Assembly: GCA_050949565.1 (NCBI GenBank)
Contig: JBMNFY010000010.1
Coordinates: forward strand, 256,001-320,000
From: Kiritimatiellia bacterium
Lineage (GTDB): Bacteria > Verrucomicrobiota > Kiritimatiellia > RFP12 > UBA1067
Direction of reading: 5' to 3'
Length of the DNA: 64,000 bases
Shown: positions 58,009 to 64,000 of the stretch, piece by piece
Layout of the letters: every line of letters starts with the position of its first letter
Position numbering within the stretch: the first letter of the stretch is position 1
Position numbers and translations under genes: made by a program
Notes under the pieces: generated by a model
The model's database searches: none
What the model was told of the DNA's origin: nothing
What the model saw: the letters and a program-made list of their open reading frames with translations, nothing else

Positions 58009-60538
58009 TTACGCGAATCCGCGGTCAAAAAGGGCACGGTGGGTGTCGGTTAGCGGTTGACCAGCGCGGATTGCAGCGAGCTTTTGAGTGTCCCACACGG
58101 CTTCCGGTGACCATGAGAGGTCAATGCGGTAACGGCGAGCCGCATTTTCCTGTGTGTGTGCGGCGACGTAAAACGCGGATTCCGCAACCGTGATCCAGCG
58201 GTTGTCGAGATGGATGACGCGGAAAGCGCGACCGCGGCGGTCGGTTAAATGGAGGACGTCAGACGGCGGTGCGCTGACATCCGGGGAGAGGCAGGGGGCG
58301 GTCTCCGAGATGAAAAGCGGCGTGTGCTGATAGACCAGCGTCTCGATCGCCGGAGAGGGAACGGAACGGGGTTGGTTCAGGGTCTTCAGACAGTCGAGGT
58401 TGATTTCTGGCGAAAGCACCACCTGGCGCGCGCCCAAACGACCGAGTTCGGCAAGCGCGACACGGTTCAGGGCGTAGAGGCTCCAATCGGCGGAGAACGG
58501 CGGCTGGCCCTGATCGGCGAGCAACCGGAAACCGGCGAGGTCGGCGCACTCCCAGTCGTTCCAGCCGTCGCCGCACAACGCATCAACCGTTTTCACCAGC
58601 GCTTTCCACTCCTGCATGCGTGAGAGGAGCGGTAGCGCTAGGCGTAGCCGCGCGCGATCAGTCACCGTACACCATGCATCCAAGTCCCGTCTCAGCGTAT
58701 CATAGCCGGTGTGCCCGATGGCCAGAACGATGCACGCAAAGTTGTCAAGGCCCGCGTCGGCGGGGGGCGGGGGTGCGATTCTGAGTTTCAGCGTCCAGAT
58801 TGGCGTGACGGCATCGGCGGCGCGGACGCCGGACTCAGACGTTGAGGGTGGAGGCACGGATGGCGTTGCGGACGGTTGTTCAGCGGATGGCAGGTGCAGG
58901 CCCCATGCGTCGGCGATGCCTTGCCGACGTGCGGTGCGGGAAGCGTCCCATCGGACATTCAGTCGGGCCACGACTGACCTGCGGGCTTCGTTGAGGGCGG
59001 ACAGGGGAGCGTAAAGGGTTGCGGGATCATCCAGTTCGAGCGTCTCGAAACGCCAAGCGGTGTCGCCCAGCCTTGAAAAGGCCTTACGCACCGCACCGGC
59101 GGTCTTGTCGGGCTGCTTCGATGATGAGAGCGCTAGCGGAATCCAGGCTTCGGCGTTCACGGGCGTTGCGGACGTGGACGCGGTGTCGAGCGTTTCGGCT
59201 TGGGCAGCGATACCGTCGGGGCGCAACGACACGCGGAAGGCGACGGGGCGTCCGGTGTCGAAGTCGGCGTCACGCAGCGTGCGAACGGCATAGCGGCGGC
59301 GTACTGCCTGCGAGGCCGAGCAGAAGATCGGGGCACCGCGCGGGATGTCCGGAAGGTCTTCGTCCGGTAGGGCGACCTCCACGGGAACATCGGCGGGCAG
59401 GGTGACCACAGGGCGGGTCGCGCCGGCCGCACGTAGCGTGTTTGCCGCGAAACCGAACGGTTTGCCGCCCGAGGCCAGTTCGACCTGCAAGCCGTCGTGC
59501 TTTTCCAAGGCACGCGACGAGGTGAAGCGCAACCAGCGGGTACCGGCGCGGTCGCGAGAGACGGCCTCGACAGACCCGATGCAAGCGCCGCGGTGGCCGA
59601 TGGCGACAGGATCAATCACGGCGGCTGACGGGGCGTCGGCACCGTGCGCGTAGAGCGTGGTCCAGGGACGGCTGAAAATAGTCTGCACATCTTGGATCAG
59701 CGTCTGTTCGGCGTCGGGCGTGAGCGTCCCGTCCAGTTTGCGCCGGTAGTAGTCGGTCACGCAGGCCACGTAGAGCGGACTCTTCATGCGTCCTTCGATC
59801 TTCAACGATTGCACACCGGTCGCGATGACTTCGTCGAGCAGCGGGGCGAGGGCGAGGTCACGCATGGAGAAAGGGTAAGCAGGACGGTCGGCGGAGGGAG
59901 AGGAAGAGGGGGTGTCTGCGGCAAATTTCCCGCGACAGCAATACGCGCACCGTCCGCGGTTACCACTGCGTCCGGTCATGTGCGCCGAAAAAAGGCAGAG
60001 GCCGCTGACGCTGTAGCAGAGGGCACCGTGTACAAAGATTTCGACCTCTACGCCGGAATCCTGGACGATCTGCCGGATTTCTTCGAGCGTGAGTTCACGA
60101 GCCAGAATCACACGGGAGAATCCGAGTTCGCGGAGAGCGACGGCACCGGCGACATTATGGACGGCCATTTGCGTGCTGGCGTGTAGCTCAAGGCGGGGAA
60201 AATGATCGCGGATCAGACGGGCAACACCGAGGTCCTGCACGATCACACCGTCGGGGGCAAGGTCATCGAGAGTGTCAAGGGTCTCGATGAGTTGCGGCAG
60301 TTCAGTGTCTTGGATCAACGTATTGACCGTCACATAGATCCGTTTGCGCGGCGAGAAGGAGCGGGCGTAGGCCAGCAGGAGACGCAGTCGGTCGGGGGTG
60401 AGGTTGTCGGCATCAGCGCGCGCAGAGAAGTGTGACAGTCCCAGATAAACCGCGTCGGCACCGTATTGGAAGGCAGTCAAAGCGGCTTCGAAACCGCCTG
60501 CAGGTGCCAAAAGTTCGGGAGGGGAGGAGGGGTTGCAT
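58009..60538 (-). CDS. U32 family peptidase-like protein with long C-terminal extension (RlhA-like)
   Basis: PELLAPAG, GADAVYLG, LHASTQM, VHGALCYSVSGLC, SGNRGRCAYCCR, LKIEGRMK. Start uncertain: ATG 60538 is one base out of frame and the ORF extends to 60672. Confidence 0.88.
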
Positions 60539-60545
60539 AAATTAG

Positions 60546-60571
60546 AAGACCGGCTTTTGCAAGCCGGTCTT
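60546..60571. other. Perfect 11-bp stem hairpin in the divergent U32/dprA intergenic region
   Basis: AAGACCGGCTT-TTGC-AAGCCGGTCTT. Confidence 0.55.
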
Positions 60572-60794
60572 GGGGGGATGCTAGGAGTACACATGGAGAC
60601 AACAATCCAAGATACAACAAACCTTTTCCAATCAACAATACATACGGTACCAAACGAGACCGGAAAGGACAAGCGCTTTTTGTTTTTTTCATGCAGGAAA
60701 TTTCGTGTCTGCTTGTCAGACTCGCACGAATATGCTAATTAGCCTACTTCAAATTGTGAACCGACCGAGTGGCATAGTACTTTGAGAGGATAAT

Positions 60795-61931
60795 GTGACA
60801 GAGCGGGACGCCTTAATCGCTATGAACCGGGTGACCGGCCTGGGCGCCATTACGGCTAAACGGATGGCGGAGCGGTTCGGATCGCTGGCTGCGGCCTTCG
60901 AGGCCTCGGAAAGCGACCTGCGGACCGTGGTAGGCATCGGTCCGGACCGAGCGCAGCAGTTCTGGTCTGACCTGCAGCAGGCGCGTGCCGATGATGAGTT
61001 GGCGCGTGCGGCCAAAAAAGGGGTGAAGCTGGTCACTTGGGAAGATCCCGGTTATCCGGCCCTGCTCAAGCAGATTGCCGATCCGCCGCTGGTTCTGTAC
61101 GTCGCGGGGTCGGTCGAGGCCTTGGATCGCCCGGCGGTGGCGATCATTGGCACGCGCCGTCCAACGGTTTACGGGCGTGATTGCGCGCGTCGTTTCGGCT
61201 ATCAGCTTGCCAGTTCAGGCTATATGGTCGCGAGCGGGTTGGCACTGGGCATTGATGCCGAGGCGCATACCGGTGCGGTGCAAGCCAAGGGCGTGAGTGT
61301 GGCAGTTTTGGGCGGAGCGCTCGATCGTCTGTTTCCCAAAGAGAATGCCGGGCTGGCGCGCGCGATGATTGAGTGCGGCGGTGCGGTGGTGTCGGAGTAT
61401 CCGTTTGGACGGCAGCCGGACCGGCAGACCTTCCCGATGCGCAACCGCATCGTCAGCGGACTGAGCAGGGGCGTGCTGGTCGTGGAAGCACCGTTCAACA
61501 GTGGCACAATGATCACCGTGAGCCAAGCGCTCGACCAGAACCGCAGCGTGATGGCGGTGCCGGGACGGATCGACTCGCCAGCGTCACAGGGCTGCCACAA
61601 ATTGCTGCGTGAAGGCGCACGGTTGGCGACCTGCGCCGATGATGTGATTGAAGAACTTCAGGATTTGATGGCCGGTATGCGTCAAGCGACGAAGACGCGT
61701 CCGGCGGAACCGGCGCGTTCGGCTCAAGCCGAGCGTCCGCCCGAGTCGGTGCTGACGCCCGAAGAGCGCGCCGTACTGGTGCAGCTTGGTGTTGACGGGG
61801 TGTCGGTGGATGAGGTGGTGCGCGCGAGCGGGTTGGATGCCGGTAAAGTGAACGCTCTGCTGGTCGGGCTACAGATCAAGCGACATGTCCGGGTCTTGCC
61901 GGGCGGACGAGTGGCGCGCCGCTCGATATGA
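60795..61931 (+). CDS. dprA: DNA-processing protein DprA
   Basis: YPALLKQIADPPLVLY, VAIIGTR, SGLALGIDAEAH, FPMRNRIVSGLS; directly upstream of topA. Confidence 0.95.
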   Translation: MTERDALIAMNRVTGLGAITAKRMAERFGSLAAAFEASESDLRTVVGIGPDRAQQFWSDLQQARADDELARAAKKGVKLVTWEDPGYPALLKQIADPPLVLYVAGSVEALDRPAVAIIGTRRPTVYGRDCARRFGYQLASSGYMVASGLALGIDAEAHTGAVQAKGVSVAVLGGALDRLFPKENAGLARAMIECGGAVVSEYPFGRQPDRQTFPMRNRIVSGLSRGVLVVEAPFNSGTMITVSQALDQNRSVMAVPGRIDSPASQGCHKLLREGARLATCADDVIEELQDLMAGMRQATKTRPAEPARSAQAERPPESVLTPEERAVLVQLGVDGVSVDEVVRASGLDAGKVNALLVGLQIKRHVRVLPGGRVARRSI

Positions 61932-61971
61932 GCGGCTCTGATTTTTTAGGTGTTTAGTAAGGAAAAAAAGA

Positions 61972-64000
61972 ATGGGAAAGAAGCTGGTCATTGTGGAGTC
62001 GCCTGCCAAGGCGAAGACCATTGGGAAAATCCTCGGCCCCGGCTATGTGGTGAAATCGTCGGTTGGTCATATCCGCGATTTGCCGGAACGGACGCTGGGC
62101 GTGGATGTCGAGGCGGGTTTTGTACCAAAGTATGTGTTGTCGAAAGGCAAGTCCAAGGTTGTCGCCGAATTGAAGAAGGCGGCTCAAGCGTGTGAGGCGA
62201 TCTATCTTGCGCCCGACCCGGACCGCGAGGGCGAGGCGATCGCGTGGCACCTTCAAGAGACGTTGGCGGAGAGCGCGCAAGACAAGCCGGTGCACCGCAT
62301 CCAGTACAACGAGATCACGCCGCGCGCCGTGCGGGCGGCGTTCGAAAACCCCGGTGTGATCGACATGCAGCGCGTTGACGCGCAGCAGGCGCGCCGTGTA
62401 CTGGACCGCATCGTGGGGTATATGGTGAGCCCGATGCTCTGGCGGCGTCTCAAAAAGGGATTGAGCGCAGGGCGTGTGCAGTCGGTGGCGCTGCGTCTAG
62501 TGGCGGAGCGTGAACGTGCGATTCAGGCATTTCAGCCCGAGGCTTATTGGGTGATGGGCGCCACGGTGCGCCGTGAAGAAGAGCCGCTCGATCCGTTTAC
62601 GGTACGGCTTGCCCGTGTGGATGATGAGAAGCCGTCGATCGGCAGCGAGGAGACAGCCAAGGCGCTGCTGGACGATCTCGAAGGCTGTGCCCTGCGTGTT
62701 AGCGCGATGCGTCGGCGCGAAAGCGCACGGCGGCCGTTGCCGCCCTTTATCACGTCGACCTTGCAGCAAGCGGCCTCAAGCGTGTGCGGCTATTCGCCCA
62801 ACAGGACCATGAGCATCGCGCAGAAACTGTACGAAGGTGTGGAATTGGGAGGGGGAGGGCCGGCCGGTCTGATCACCTACATGCGTACCGACTCGGTGAA
62901 CATTGCGCGGGATGCGCAGACTGCCGCACGTGACTTCATTGTTGAGAAATATGGCGAAGCCTACTACCCGGAAAAGCCTAATTACTATAAAAGCCGTGCC
63001 AGTGCGCAGGAAGCCCACGAGGCGATTCGTCCGACTGATGTGACCCGCACGCCGGCGAGTCTCAAAGGCATTTTGGACGGTCCCGAATTGCGCCTCTATG
63101 AGTTGATCTGGAAGCGTTTCGTCGCGAGTCAGATGGCAGCGGCACGCATCGCGCAGAAGACGGCCGAGGTCGAGCCGCTCAAGGAGGGGCTTGCCCATAG
63201 CTACCTCTTTACCGCGACCTCGTCAGAGGTTCTCTTCGACGGTTTCCTCAAAGTTATGGCGCTGGATATCCGCAAGAAGAAGCCGGAGGAGGATGAGGCG
63301 GAAGAGGAGTCCGACGAAGTCGACCGTCTGCCGCCGTTGGCCGAGGGTGACCGTCTGGTGGCGCTTGATTGGCTGTGCGACCGCAAGGAGACCAAGCCGC
63401 CGTCACGTTACAGCGAAGCCTCGCTGATCCGTGCACTGGAGGCGAACGGCGTGGGGCGTCCCTCCACCTATGCGTCGATCATCGAGACGTTGAATTCGCG
63501 CGATTACACCATCCGCGAAAAGCGTCAGCTCGTGCCAACGCCGCTCGGGCTTGAAGTCAGCGATCTGTTGGTCGGTAAGTTGGGGAAACTCTTTGATGTC
63601 GGGTTCACGGCGCGCATGGAGGAGCAACTCGACCAGATCGAGGAGGGTAGTGTCGAGTGGACCGCAATGTTGACTGACTTTTATGCGAAGTTTCAACAAT
63701 GGATGGAGCGGGCCAAGGTGCCGCCCGCCGACACCGACAAGGTCAATGCGGTGCTGGAGATGCTGGCGCAGGTCGCAGACTGGGCTCCTCCTGTGCAGCG
63801 CGGTAAACGCACTTACAGCGATGAGCACTTTGTGGCCTCTGTCAAAGAGCAGCTTGAGGCCGGCGAGAAGGCGGTCACTGACCGACAGCTTACCGCGCTG
63901 GTCAAGATTGCCCTGCGCTATCGTGAACAGATCCATGAGGCCGATCAAAAGCTGATCGACATGGGCTTTGGGGACGAGGTGGCCAAAGACCGGGCAGCCC
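61972..64000 (+). CDS. topA: DNA topoisomerase I (runs off the window end)
   Basis: MGKKLVIVESPAKAKTI, PDPDREGEAIAWHL, SAGRVQS, LITYMRTDS, AQEAHEAIRPT, GVGRPSTYA; no stop in window, so absent from the ORF track. Confidence 0.96.
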   Translation, partial: MGKKLVIVESPAKAKTIGKILGPGYVVKSSVGHIRDLPERTLGVDVEAGFVPKYVLSKGKSKVVAELKKAAQACEAIYLAPDPDREGEAIAWHLQETLAESAQDKPVHRIQYNEITPRAVRAAFENPGVIDMQRVDAQQARRVLDRIVGYMVSPMLWRRLKKGLSAGRVQSVALRLVAERERAIQAFQPEAYWVMGATVRREEEPLDPFTVRLARVDDEKPSIGSEETAKALLDDLEGCALRVSAMRRRESARRPLPPFITSTLQQAASSVCGYSPNRTMSIAQKLYEGVELGGGGPAGLITYMRTDSVNIARDAQTAARDFIVEKYGEAYYPEKPNYYKSRASAQEAHEAIRPTDVTRTPASLKGILDGPELRLYELIWKRFVASQMAAARIAQKTAEVEPLKEGLAHSYLFTATSSEVLFDGFLKVMALDIRKKKPEEDEAEEESDEVDRLPPLAEGDRLVALDWLCDRKETKPPSRYSEASLIRALEANGVGRPSTYASIIETLNSRDYTIREKRQLVPTPLGLEVSDLLVGKLGKLFDVGFTARMEEQLDQIEEGSVEWTAMLTDFYAKFQQWMERAKVPPADTDKVNAVLEMLAQVADWAPPVQRGKRTYSDEHFVASVKEQLEAGEKAVTDRQLTALVKIALRYREQIHEADQKLIDMGFGDEVAKDRAA

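Noticed and set aside
60546-60571. Hairpin as riboswitch, ncRNA or terminator
   Set aside because: A single stem with no U-tract or recognisable aptamer; kept only as an unassigned hairpin.
1-64000. tRNA, rRNA, prophage or integrase genes
   Set aside because: None recognisable by eye; a tRNAscan/Infernal run would be needed to exclude small RNAs fully.

Overview
A GC-rich bacterial chromosome window; the protein families and repeats suggest a PVC-superphylum (Kiritimatiellia/Lentisphaeria-like) organism, which is an inference. Layout: (1) 1-3.3 kb, the tail of a polymorphic zinc-metalloprotease toxin/immunity locus, with an orphan C-terminal cassette and a gene freshly disrupted by a 101-bp MITE. 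(2) 3.4-16.5 kb, carbohydrate and housekeeping genes (DUF1080, YgiQ radical SAM, aldose epimerase, two rhamnosidase-like hydrolases, DUF2752, epmA, FmdB). (3) 16.7-43.9 kb, a 27-kb minus-strand Rhs polymorphic toxin locus: one ~2450-aa Rhs with an N-terminal membrane anchor and Ca-binding repeats (no PAAR/VgrG), then six orphan Rhs-CT cassettes. Recognisable warheads are all protease/amidase-like; every putative immunity protein is exported or membrane-anchored, several resembling secretin-N, pseudopilin or BamE domains; intergenic-type short tandem repeats are inserted in frame in the Rhs cores. (4) 44.1-48.4 kb, a BfiI-like Type IIS R-M system (PLD nuclease plus two N4-C MTases, one fused to an HTH). 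(5) 48.5-50.2 kb, a complete DDE IS with a 7-bp TSD whose end matches the MITE. (6) 50.3-64 kb, ThuA/HEAT protein, Gfo/Idh/MocA, FAD oxidoreductase, zinc-ribbon/HEAT gene, eda, U32 peptidase, dprA and topA (partial). Several single-base frameshifts suggest indel errors in the assembly. All family assignments come from motif recognition by eye, not database searches.
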